DNA from: an uncultured bacterium
GTDB taxonomy: Bacteria > Acidobacteriota > Thermoanaerobaculia > Multivoradales > J023
Assembly (NCBI GenBank): GCA_965371445.1
Contig: CBDUYN010000009.1
Location: forward strand, 20,051 to 84,050
Direction of reading: 5' to 3'
DNA length: 64,000 nt
The notes under the pieces are model-generated. The model was not told the origin of the DNA and made no database searches. It was given only the letters and a program-made list of their open reading frames with translations. Shown here piece after piece: positions 9,807-19,059 of the stretch. The position numbers were made by a program, and so were the translations under genes. The first letter of the stretch is position 1; each line of letters starts with the position of its first letter.

Positions 9807-12800
9807 GGCGTGATCGAGGAGGCGCGTCGCGAGGCGGAGATCTTCGGCGAGGGCTTGTGGGAAAAGCTGGCCGAAGCCGGTGTCGTCGGCAGCCGCGAGG
9901 AGTTCGAAGAGCTCGACAGCGAGGATCGCGAGGAATTCGCCAAGGCCTACCTGGCGTTCAAGGGCCGGGATCCGTCGTCCTCGGGCCTGGAGCCGGTGTG
10001 GACGGAGGGCTTACACCGTATGGCGGAGCACGCCCGGGCGCAGGGATTCGGCGGTGTCGTCTTCATGCTCGACGAGATGCTGCTCTGGCTCGCGGAGAAG
10101 ACGGGGACACAGTTCAAGCAGGAGATCCACGACCTGAACCTGATCGTCGACCATCCGACGAGACGCCGGGAGGTCCCGATCTTCGTCTTCGTGGCGCGCC
10201 AGCGCAACATCCGCGACTTCTTTCCGGAGCTGACGGCGGAGGACGACATCCACGAGCACCTCGACCACCACGCGGAACGTTTCGAGCTGACGGAGCTCCA
10301 GGACGTGGAGCTGCGTCATATCGTCAAGGGCCGGATCCTGCGTCCGAAGGATCCGGAGCGCCTGGCGTCGGAAATCGAGTCGCTGGTGGAGGCGCACCGT
10401 AACCTCCTGCCGGCGTTGCTGCAAGACGCGGACGTTTCGTACTTGAAGGACGTGTATCCGTTTCATCCGGCGTTGATCGAGACGCTGGTCGACGTGAGCG
10501 CGGCGATGCAGCGGGAGCGTTCGGCGTTGCGTCTGCTCTACGAGCTTCTGGTCGTCCACCACCGGGACCTGGAGGTGGGCAAGTTCCTGCCGGTGGGGAG
10601 CGCCTTCGACGCGATCTTTCCGCCGGAGGGCGTCGAGGCGTCGAAGAACGAGGCGAAGTTCAAGGAGATCCACAACCAGTACCACCATCAACTGGTGCCG
10701 GCGATGGACAAGCTCCGCGACGAGGGCGAGCTCGACGACGGGAAGCGGCGGATGCTCGACCAGTTGGTGAAGACGGTGCTGCTTTCGGAGGTGTCGTTGC
10801 GTCTGAAGGGTCACGCTCTGACGGCTCGCCGGCTGGTGGGTCTGAACGTCGTCGACGTGGCCGGGGCGACGGATCGCTTGAAGATCAGCCAGGCGCTGGG
10901 CGCGTTGCGGTCGTTGTCGCGTCGGGTGCCTGCTCTCCAGGTCTCGGGCGAGAAGGCCGAGGCGGTGGTGCGTTACACGTTGAGCACGGTCTCCCTGAGC
11001 GAGTTCCTGAGCCAATCGAAGGCCAAGGTGGGCAAATACGGTGCGGCTTGGCTACGGCTGTTGTTGGAGACGCTGCGGCCGATGTTGGACCTGGAGGGCA
11101 AGAAGGGCCTGGAGGGTTGGAATCTGCCGCAGGAGTGCTCGCTTCCCTTCGAGTGGCGCCGTACGAAGAGGCTCGGCGTGGTGCGTCTGTGCAATGTCCG
11201 GACGACGGGCTACGACGATTTCGTGGCGCCGGCGAAAGCGTTCCGGATCCTGGTCGGCTATCCCTGGGACGAAGGCCATTCCGTGGACGAGGACCGCCTG
11301 CGGTCGGCGAACGCGCGCAAGCAGAACAGGCGTCAGTACACGGTGTGCTGGTTGCCGCGTCACTTGGAGAAGCAGGAGGAGGAGCTGGTCGGCGAGCTTT
11401 GGGCGGTGCGCTACCTCCTGTCGGAGAAGGGCCAGGACGAGCTGCTGCGCGACCTCGGTCACCAGGACCGGCAGACGATCTTGAAAGACGCGGAGACCCA
11501 CCGCCGCACGCTACGAGGGGAATTCGAGAAGATGCTGGCCCGGGTCTACGTCGACCAGGGCGAGATCGTGACGTTGCACGACGGGATCGACACACAGATT
11601 CCGCACAAGGACAACCTGGGCAAGAACCTGGAGCGTTTCGCCAGCGTGTTGCTCGACCGCCGGTTCCCGGGGCATCCGAACTTCGGCGCGCGTCCTGCGA
11701 AAAAGGACCTGGAGCTGGTGCGGGCGTGGCTGTTGCGAGCGAGCGACGCTGGGACTTCCGCGTCGACCGAATTCGACGTGGAGACGGGAAAGGCGTTACG
11801 TTATTTCGGGGAGCCGTTGGAGCTGGTGAACCTGGGTCAGTCCCGGGGGATGTTGCGTCTCGACAGTCGCTACTACCGTGCGATGGAGAAGAAGGTCGAC
11901 GGCAAGGAGCAGGTGGAATGGTCGGAGGTCCGCGACGAGCTCGAGACGTCCTTCGGTCTCGACGAGTCGGTGATCGACGTCCTGCTTTCTCTCCTCTGCT
12001 CGCGGGGTTACCGTCCATTGCGGGCGCCGACGCAGGAGGTCGTGGAGGTCGGAATCGGAACGACAAAGAAGGAAAAGACGCTGCTGCTCGAACGGGCGAA
12101 GCTCCTGGAGCCGGCAACCTGGGGCCGGGCGCGGGACCTGGGGGAGGAGCTGCTGGGCGAGGCGAAGCCGTCGTCGTACCGGGGTCTCGGCGAGCAGGAC
12201 GGATTCGCGAGGCGGCTTCACGAGCGGGGGAGGGCGTGTCGTCACGTGCTTTCCGACTTGCACGAGGGCCTGGTGGGGCTCGGCGTCGCACCGGAGGCGA
12301 AGCGTCTGGCGGAGCTGAAGGAAGCGCTGCAACGCCTGGAGCCGTTGGAATCGGAGAGGACCGACAGCTATACGACGTTGCACGACTTCCTCGACCGTTG
12401 GGACGACGACGTGTTGTCGCGTCTTCGGGTGGTGGTGTCGCGTGCCGAGAAGACGTCGAAGGCGTTGGGCGAGCTCGACGTCCAGGATCGGACGAGCCTG
12501 GAGACCGGCCGCTCGCACGCCGAACACGGCGCGGCCGTGGCAGCGCACCTGGAGAAGCTGTCGGGGATGTTGTCGTCGTCGGAGCACGGGGACGCGTTGA
12601 CGTCGGAGAAGGTTCAAGGCTGGAACGCGCAGGCACACGAGCTGGTGCAGGAATTGATCAAGTCGAAGGTTGATCCGCTACCGCCGCCGCCTCCACCTCC
12701 ACCGCCGCCGCCAGGACTCCGGCGAGTGTTCGTGGAAGAGCCGGTGGACCTGTCGTCCGACGGTGCGGTGGGGGAGTTTCTCGATCGTCTCGGGGGCGAG

Positions 12801-12866
12801 CTTCGCAAGGAGCCGCGGGAGACGGTTCTCGTCGACGTGACGTTGCGTCGAGAGGGTTCGGGATGA
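9777..12866 (+). pseudogene. pglY: BREX type 2 ATPase PglY, 5'-truncated (Walker A missing)
   Basis: Walker B VVFMLDEMLLWL and PglY-like FVARQRN and YPFHPALIETL...QRERSALRLLYELL; directly upstream of pglZ. No GxxGxGK[ST] present. PglY-like sequence starts at ~9801; in-frame ATG at 9777. Confidence 0.8.
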
Positions 12867-12910
12867 TGGATCGGCGCTCCCAGTGGGGACCGGAAAGAGG
12901 AGGTTTCCCG

Positions 12911-15469
12911 GTGAGCACGCAGCTCCTCTTGCGTCGTCTCCTGGAGCAGCCCCATCTTTCGGGCCAGAAGGACTTCGTCCTCGCCCTGGAGACGGGCGCC
13001 GACACGACGGAAACCGAAGAGGTGCGCACACCGGAGGGGGCGTTTCGGGTATGCCGCGCGTCTTCGGAGCTGGCGTTACGTCACGAGCTGTGGCGTTCGG
13101 GCGGGGAGGGCTTGGTCGCGTTCGTGTCCGACGAGCTGGCGCGGGAGATGCCGGCGGATCTCCTCTTCTCGTCACGCAACCAGCGGGTCCAGGTGCTGAC
13201 GGCGAACGAAGTTCTTTCGGCGGTGATCGGAGCGGAGGTCACGGGAGCGGCGGACCCGCTGCTCGAAGAGCTGGCGGTCGTGCACCTGGAGGAGCTGCGC
13301 CGTCTCTCGGAGCGGACCTTTCCCTCGGCGGTCGACGCCGAGCTCTTGGAGGAGCTGCTACTGGAGGCTTGTAACGAGTCACGGGTGCTGAGCCGTTCGC
13401 CGGGGGAGCTCTTGGCGGCGTGGATCGAGACTCCGCCGACGTGGGAGGAGCCTTTACGGAAGTTGATCCGCCGACGGTTGCCACGTCGTGGCGCGGCGGG
13501 TCAGGTGCTGGCCTGGGCGGTGCCGGAGGCGTCGCGCTTGGAAGCGGTGGTGGTCTACGGAGCGGTGCTGAGCGTCGAGACGCCGGACGACGATTTGTCG
13601 GCCGCCGCTTGGGGTCCGTTCGCGGAGGCGGAGATCGATCTCGACCGGCGGGACCTGCGTGCGGAGCTCGTCGGCCTGGCCGAGACGGCGACCGGTCACC
13701 TCGGCCGTGGCACGACGGAGCGTCTGTTGGAGTCGGCCGCCTCACAGGCGAGGCGCCACCTTTCCACGGCGGCGTCGGAGACGAGCCGACTCCTGCCGAT
13801 CGGTTTCTCTACGCTGACGCACGGGTTGGCGAAGCGAATGGCGTCGGGTGAGGCGGTCTCGGCAACGACCGTCGAGAAGTTGGACTCCTACCGTTCGGCG
13901 ACGGAGACGGAAAAGAGCGTGATCGAAGAGATGGCTCGTCTCTCGCGTTGGCTCGCCGAGCCGCCGGCTAAGAGCGACGGTGTCCTTGAGCAGATACGTG
14001 GTTACCAGTCGCACGGCGCGTTCGCGGACCTTGCGATGCGGCGTCTGCTGGAAGCGCGGGCGAAGACGAAGTACTTTCAAGCCGAGGTGCGCGACCTGCT
14101 CGTTTTTTGTCACGAGAAGCGCGACGCGGAGAACCGCCGTTTCGCATCGACGCTGGCGTCGGGTTACGAGTCGGCGCTTCACACACGAGGCCTCTACCCG
14201 CTCCACCGGGTCTCCGGCCAGCTCCTGGAGCCCGGGTTGACGAAAGGGGAAGTTTTTTACCTCGTCGTGCTCGACGGTTGCAGCTATCCGGTCTTCCTGG
14301 AGCTACTGGCCGAGCTTGCCGACGACGAGGACCGCCCCCTGGGTCTCGATTCGCGGCCCGGCGATCCGGTGGCTCGTGGTCTGCCAGCCCTGGCGCCGTT
14401 GCCGTCGATCACGAGCCACGCGCGCGGCGCCCTCTTTCTCGGCGAGGTTCCGAAGGACCAGCTGATCGCCGAGACGAGGTTTCGCGAGCAGGACGAGCCG
14501 ACGACCGACAAGTCGCGCCTGGCGCGCAACGCCGACCTGGGCAAGAGCGGGCGCATCCTCTTTCTGAAAGGTGACCTGACCGATGGCGGTTCAGCCCTTT
14601 ACCGTGCGTTGGAAGATTCTTCCTACGGTGTCGTGGGAGCCGTCTTCAACGCGGTCGACGACCAGATCGGCTCGTCGAACACGGGCGCCCAGGTGCGCGT
14701 GCGTCTCGAACAGATCACGGCCTTGAAGGGCAGCCTCGATGTCGCTTTGGAGACGGGCCGGCGGGTGCTGTTGACAGCGGACCACGGGCACACGCCGTTC
14801 ATCGACAAGACCTTGCGTCGTCCGGGTCGGTCGCCGTCCCGTTTCGTCGAGCTGGGAGCCGACGAGGAGGTGGCGGAGGGTTTCCTCGAGATCGACCTGG
14901 GCGGTCTCGGGGATTACGGCGGCAAGCACGATCGCACGGCGTTCGCCTGGCGTCAGGGCGTCTACCGGGGAAGGCAGCCGCAGGCGGGTTTCCACGGCGG
15001 CTGCAGCCTGGAAGAGATGGTGGTACCGTTGGCCTGGTTGGTGGAAGACGACGGTCTGCAAGCCGACCTGCCATCGTGGTGGCTCGGAGCGGAGGCCGAG
15101 GAGGCGCCGGCGTCCGAAACCCGGGACGAGCCCCCAGGAAAGGCGCTCTTCAAGGAGCGGCCGGCCGAGGAGCTGCTGTCTGAGGAACCTCCGTCCGAGG
15201 AGGCGGCTCAGATCGGTCTTTTCGGTCCGGAAGGCCACGGCTTGCCGGAGGCGTTGTGGTCGAGCCTCGACGCCGACGAGAAGAAGGTGCTGGATCTCTT
15301 GCGTCGCAACGGCACGGCGCGGGTGAGCGAGCTGGCGTCGCAGGTGGGCCGGCGTCCCGGCCGGATGTCGGGCATGATGAGCCGTCTGCGTCGTCGCCTG
15401 GGGTCGCATCCTCGTTTCGAGCGCGAGGTGCTTCCCGACGGCGAAGGCCTTTTCCGTTATATTGGGTAG
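12911..15469 (+). CDS. pglZ: BREX type 2 PglZ (alkaline-phosphatase superfamily) with a C-terminal HTH-like segment
   Basis: LVVLDG, LPSITSHARGALF, TADHGH and HGGCSLEEMVVP motifs. GAGGAGG RBS before GTG at 12911 (alternative ATG at 12863). Confidence 0.92.
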   Translation: MSTQLLLRRLLEQPHLSGQKDFVLALETGADTTETEEVRTPEGAFRVCRASSELALRHELWRSGGEGLVAFVSDELAREMPADLLFSSRNQRVQVLTANEVLSAVIGAEVTGAADPLLEELAVVHLEELRRLSERTFPSAVDAELLEELLLEACNESRVLSRSPGELLAAWIETPPTWEEPLRKLIRRRLPRRGAAGQVLAWAVPEASRLEAVVVYGAVLSVETPDDDLSAAAWGPFAEAEIDLDRRDLRAELVGLAETATGHLGRGTTERLLESAASQARRHLSTAASETSRLLPIGFSTLTHGLAKRMASGEAVSATTVEKLDSYRSATETEKSVIEEMARLSRWLAEPPAKSDGVLEQIRGYQSHGAFADLAMRRLLEARAKTKYFQAEVRDLLVFCHEKRDAENRRFASTLASGYESALHTRGLYPLHRVSGQLLEPGLTKGEVFYLVVLDGCSYPVFLELLAELADDEDRPLGLDSRPGDPVARGLPALAPLPSITSHARGALFLGEVPKDQLIAETRFREQDEPTTDKSRLARNADLGKSGRILFLKGDLTDGGSALYRALEDSSYGVVGAVFNAVDDQIGSSNTGAQVRVRLEQITALKGSLDVALETGRRVLLTADHGHTPFIDKTLRRPGRSPSRFVELGADEEVAEGFLEIDLGGLGDYGGKHDRTAFAWRQGVYRGRQPQAGFHGGCSLEEMVVPLAWLVEDDGLQADLPSWWLGAEAEEAPASETRDEPPGKALFKERPAEELLSEEPPSEEAAQIGLFGPEGHGLPEALWSSLDADEKKVLDLLRRNGTARVSELASQVGRRPGRMSGMMSRLRRRLGSHPRFEREVLPDGEGLFRYIG

Positions 15470-15475
15470 GTGAGT

Positions 15476-16798
15476 ATGGAAGCAAGCGAAGCTCAGGAGA
15501 TCGTGAGCGCACTGCGCAGCGGACTGGTGCCGCGTCGCGGGTTGCATCACTTCGCGACGGGCGCCGAGGAGCTGACGACGACGGTCGAGGCCGAGCTCGA
15601 CTTCGTCGCCGAGGGCAAGGGCCGCACCAAGTGGATCCGCGGCGCCTACGGGACGGGCAAGACGTTTACGACGCGTCTGTTGTGTCACCGGGCACGGCAG
15701 CGCGGTTTCGCGACGTCGGAGGTGCAGATCTCAGTCAACGACACGCCGCTCCATCACTTGGAGACGGTGTACCGCCGTCTGATCGAGCGCTTGCAGACGG
15801 CAACGGAAGAAAGCGGTGCGTTGCCGTCGATCGTCGACGCGTGGCTCTACGAGATCGGTGAGCAGGTGACGAGCCTGCGCGGTATCGACGAGAACGACCC
15901 GTCGTTCGCCGACGCGACGGAGCAACGCCTGGAGGACAACCTGGCGGACCTGTCGCGACGCAATCCGGCGTTCGCCCAGGTCTTGCGCGGCTATCACCGG
16001 GCGCTGCACGAGGGCGACTTCGCCTCGGCGCAGGGTCTTTTGGCCTGGCTGTCGGGTCAGCCGCACACGGACCGGAAGATCTTGTCGAAGGCGGGAGTGA
16101 AGGGCAAAGTGGACGGCCAGGCCGCGTTGACGTTTCTGACGGGTCTTCTGCGTCTGCTTCGTCAGAGCCACTACGCGGGCCTGGTGCTGGTGCTCGACGA
16201 GGTGGAGACGATCCAGCGGATGAACTCGCAGACCCGGGAGAAGTCGCTCAACGCGTTGCGTCAACTGATGGACATGTTGGCGTCGGAGGAGCTTCCGGGT
16301 CTCTATCTCGTGGTGACGGGGACGTCGGACTTCTTCGAGGGCTACAAGGGTTTGAAGGGGCTGCCGCCGCTCTACCAGCGCGTCCACGTGAGCTTCGACG
16401 ACGACGACCCGCGTTTCGACAACCTGCGGGCGCCGCAGGTTCGGCTGTCGCCGTTTACCGAGGAGCGTCTCCTGGAGGTGGCGCGTCGGGTGCGGGGTCT
16501 TTATCCGGCGTCGCATCCGGAGCGTCTCGGCTCCCGGGTCGACGACGCGTTCCTCGGCGCGCTCGTCGAGCAGGTGACGTCGGGTTTCGGGGGCAAGGTG
16601 GCGCTGGCGCCGCGTCTTTTCCTGCGCGAGCTGGTCGACGTCCTGGACCGGGTGGACCAGCACGAGGCGTGGGACCCGAAGGAGCGCTACAAGCTCGACC
16701 TCGACGATTCGAAGCTGTCGGCGGAGGAGCTGGCGGCGCGGATCGAGGGTGGGGAAGAGGAGGCGACGGCGGGCCGAGCGAGGCGCCTGGAGGGGTAG
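15476..16798 (+). CDS. brxD: BREX ATP-binding protein BrxD
   Basis: SALRSGLVPRRGL N-terminus, Walker A RGAYGTGKT, Walker B LVLVLDEVE; lies after pglZ. Alternative GTG start at 15470. Confidence 0.92.
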   Translation: MEASEAQEIVSALRSGLVPRRGLHHFATGAEELTTTVEAELDFVAEGKGRTKWIRGAYGTGKTFTTRLLCHRARQRGFATSEVQISVNDTPLHHLETVYRRLIERLQTATEESGALPSIVDAWLYEIGEQVTSLRGIDENDPSFADATEQRLEDNLADLSRRNPAFAQVLRGYHRALHEGDFASAQGLLAWLSGQPHTDRKILSKAGVKGKVDGQAALTFLTGLLRLLRQSHYAGLVLVLDEVETIQRMNSQTREKSLNALRQLMDMLASEELPGLYLVVTGTSDFFEGYKGLKGLPPLYQRVHVSFDDDDPRFDNLRAPQVRLSPFTEERLLEVARRVRGLYPASHPERLGSRVDDAFLGALVEQVTSGFGGKVALAPRLFLRELVDVLDRVDQHEAWDPKERYKLDLDDSKLSAEELAARIEGGEEEATAGRARRLEG

Positions 16799-16804
16799 GG
16801 AGAG

Positions 16805-16842
16805 GCAGGCACTCGGGTGACAGGATCTGGTATCATGCCTGC
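16805..16842 (+). promoter_or_regulatory. Putative hicBA promoter with extended -10 and flanking inverted repeat
   Basis: TGgTATCAT (-10 at 16831-16836); GCAGGCA (16805-16811) and TGCCTGC (16836-16842) form an inverted repeat. Confidence 0.4.
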
Positions 16843-16875
16843 TGTGAGTGGAACCAACCTACGAGGAGCCAGCCG

Positions 16876-17082
16876 ATGAAGTTCCAGGTGACGATGGACC
16901 GCGACGAGGACGGCGTCTGGATCGTAGAGTGTCCCTCGATCCCTGGCTGCGTCAGCCAGGGGCCGACGAAGCAGGAGGCGCTCGAGAACATCCAGGAAGC
17001 CATCGCTCTCTGCCTGGAGGTCCGTGCTGAGCGGGGTCTGCCGCTGACCGTGGAGACCCGGCAGGTGGAGGTCGCTGTCTAG
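16876..17082 (+). CDS. hicB: HicB-family antitoxin (short form)
   Basis: MKFQVTMDRDEDGVWIVECPSIPGCVSQGPTKQEALENIQEAI has the typical HicB partial RNase H fold; GAGGAG RBS. Confidence 0.92.
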   Translation: MKFQVTMDRDEDGVWIVECPSIPGCVSQGPTKQEALENIQEAIALCLEVRAERGLPLTVETRQVEVAV

Positions 17083-17143
17083 TGCCTCCGGTTCCGGAGC
17101 TCAGTGGACGGGAGGTGGTGAAGGTCTTCAGGTCGTTCGGCTG
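17082..17143 (+). pseudogene. hicA: HicA toxin, first ~20 codons only
   Basis: GTG overlaps the hicB stop; reads MPPVPELSGREVVKVFRSFG, then breaks before the GSH catalytic motif into helicase sequence in another frame. Confidence 0.75.
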
Positions 17144-18907
17144 TCCACGGTGGCGTCTTTTCTCCAGCGTCTTGGACGGACGGGACGCCGTCCCGGAGCG
17201 CGTCCCAACTGCACGTTCTTCTGTCTGAGCGCCGAGTCGTTGTTGCAGTCGGTTGCCTTGCTGCGCCTGGCGGAGCGGGGCTGGGTCGAGGACGTGCGTC
17301 CGGCGTCGCAGGCGATCCACATCCTGGCTCACCAGGTGATGGCGTTGATCCTTCAAGAGGGCGGGATGTCTCGTCATCGACTCTTGCCCTGGGTCGACGC
17401 GGCGTGGCCTTTCACGAGCCTCGGCAAGGCGCGGCTCCAGGAGCTCGTCGACACGATGGTTTCCCACGACATCCTCTACGAGGCCGACGGTCTCCTCTCC
17501 CTGGGCGCCCGGGGGGAGCAGCTCTACGGCCGCAAGAACTTCTTCGAGCTCTACGCGGTCTTCACCGCGCCGCCAGTGATGCGTGTGCGTCACGGCCGCG
17601 ACGAAGTCGGCTTCGTGCAAGCTGTTTTCGTGGCCATGCACGATCGTTCGGAGGGTCCCCTTTGTTTTCGCCTCGCGGGACGTGCCTGGGAGGTGGTGGC
17701 CGCGGAATGGTCGCGGGGAGTGCTGCGGGTCCGTCCGGCGAAGGGTGGACGTGTGCCCACCTGGCTGGGCACGCCGGGCATGCTCTCGCGGGAGCTGTGT
17801 CAGGCGATGATGGAGGTCCTCCTTTCGGAAGACGGGGAGAGCCGTTGGCTGACGCGGTCGGCGTCGCGGGAGCTTGCCGCGCTCCGGGAAGGCTACGCGG
17901 GCTTGCTCGCCGATGGCACCGCTCCTCTCGAAGAGAGTCCGGAAGGAATTCAGTGGCACACCTTCGCGGGCGGCGCGGTGAACCGGTTGCTCGGCGCCGG
18001 CCTGGAGTCGAAGACCGGGGAACGCTGGGTGGCGGGCAACCTCTCGGTCCGTTCGAAAGACGTCGGCCTGGCGGCGGCCCGTGACGCGGTACGCGCGCTG
18101 CGTCAGCTCGACTGGGAGCGCGTGGCGGCGGGAGCCGTTCACGGGATGACGCGCGGCGCCTTGAGCAAGTTCCAGCCCTGCCTCCCGGAAGCGGCCGAAG
18201 ACCGCTTCCTCGTCGAGCGTTTGCTCGACGTGCCAGGGACCCTGCGCTTTCTCGGCCGTGTCGAGGTCGAGGCCTACCGCCCGCGAGGGGAAGCCGGAGC
18301 GGGCGTCAGGCTCCGTGACGAGGTGCCCTCCGGACCCATCAGCTTGGAGCTACCGGCTGTCACGACGTCCGGGGAGATGCTTCAGGTCCGCAACGACCTC
18401 GAATGGGTCGACACTCCGTCGGCCCTGCGCTCGGCGATCTCCACGTTGACTTCGGCCGAGGTCGTGGGGCTCGACGTCGAAACTTTGCTCGACTTGAAAA
18501 CGCTTTGCCTTGTCCAACTTGCTACGACGGAGCGGACCCTTCTGATCGACCCGTTCGCCGTGGACTTGGAGCTGCTCGGAAAGATCCTATCGGCGCCACG
18601 CCCGGTCAAGGTGATCCACAATGCATCTTTCGAGCGTCGGGTGCTGGCCGCGGTCGGCATCGCGCTCGAAGGCGTCTTCGACACCCTACAGGCCTCTCGA
18701 AAACGGCACGGGACCGACGCGTTGGGCGGGCACGGCCTGGCGGCCGTGTGTGAACGCGAGCTTGGCGTCGGCCTCGACAAGTCGGTCCAGAAGTCGAACT
18801 GGAGCCGGCGTCCGCTGACGGTGGAGCAGCTTCGGTACGCGGCTCTCGACGCTGAGGTCTTGCTCACGCTTTACGAGCGGCTTGCTCAGAAGACAAGGCC
18901 AAGGTGA
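17144..18907 (+). pseudogene. brxHI: C-terminal part of an Lhr-like helicase (BrxHI) fused to a DEDDy 3'-5' exonuclease; N-terminal helicase motifs missing
   Basis: Starts at motif VI (STVASFLQRLGRTGRR), then Lhr winged-helix region (FFELYAVF, FRLAGRAW, WHTFAGG). Exo motifs GLDVET, HNASFE and YAALD from ~18390. Lies downstream of brxD. Confidence 0.8.
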
Positions 18908-18986
18908 GGCTCGCCCAGGCGTCCCCGGCGGGCTCCTTAGGCTTCCGCTACGAGCCACCGCCGGCGTCCCTTGACCTTGCCACCCC

Positions 18987-19017
18987 GAGAGCTTCGGACA
19001 TCGGGATGGAAGCTCTC
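18987..19017. terminator. Hairpin between convergent genes, possible terminator
   Basis: GAGAGCTTC...GAAGCTCTC 9-bp stem with inner CATC/GATG pairing; no clear adjacent U-tract. Confidence 0.4.
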
Positions 19018-19059
19018 CGACCATGAGCGGAGAAAAAGCCCCCGGCGACCCCCGGAGGG

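Noticed and set aside
12678-12713. Polyproline tract in PglY as a phase-variation repeat
   Set aside because: Mixed CCG/CCA/CCT codons encode a flexible linker, not a slippage-prone simple repeat.
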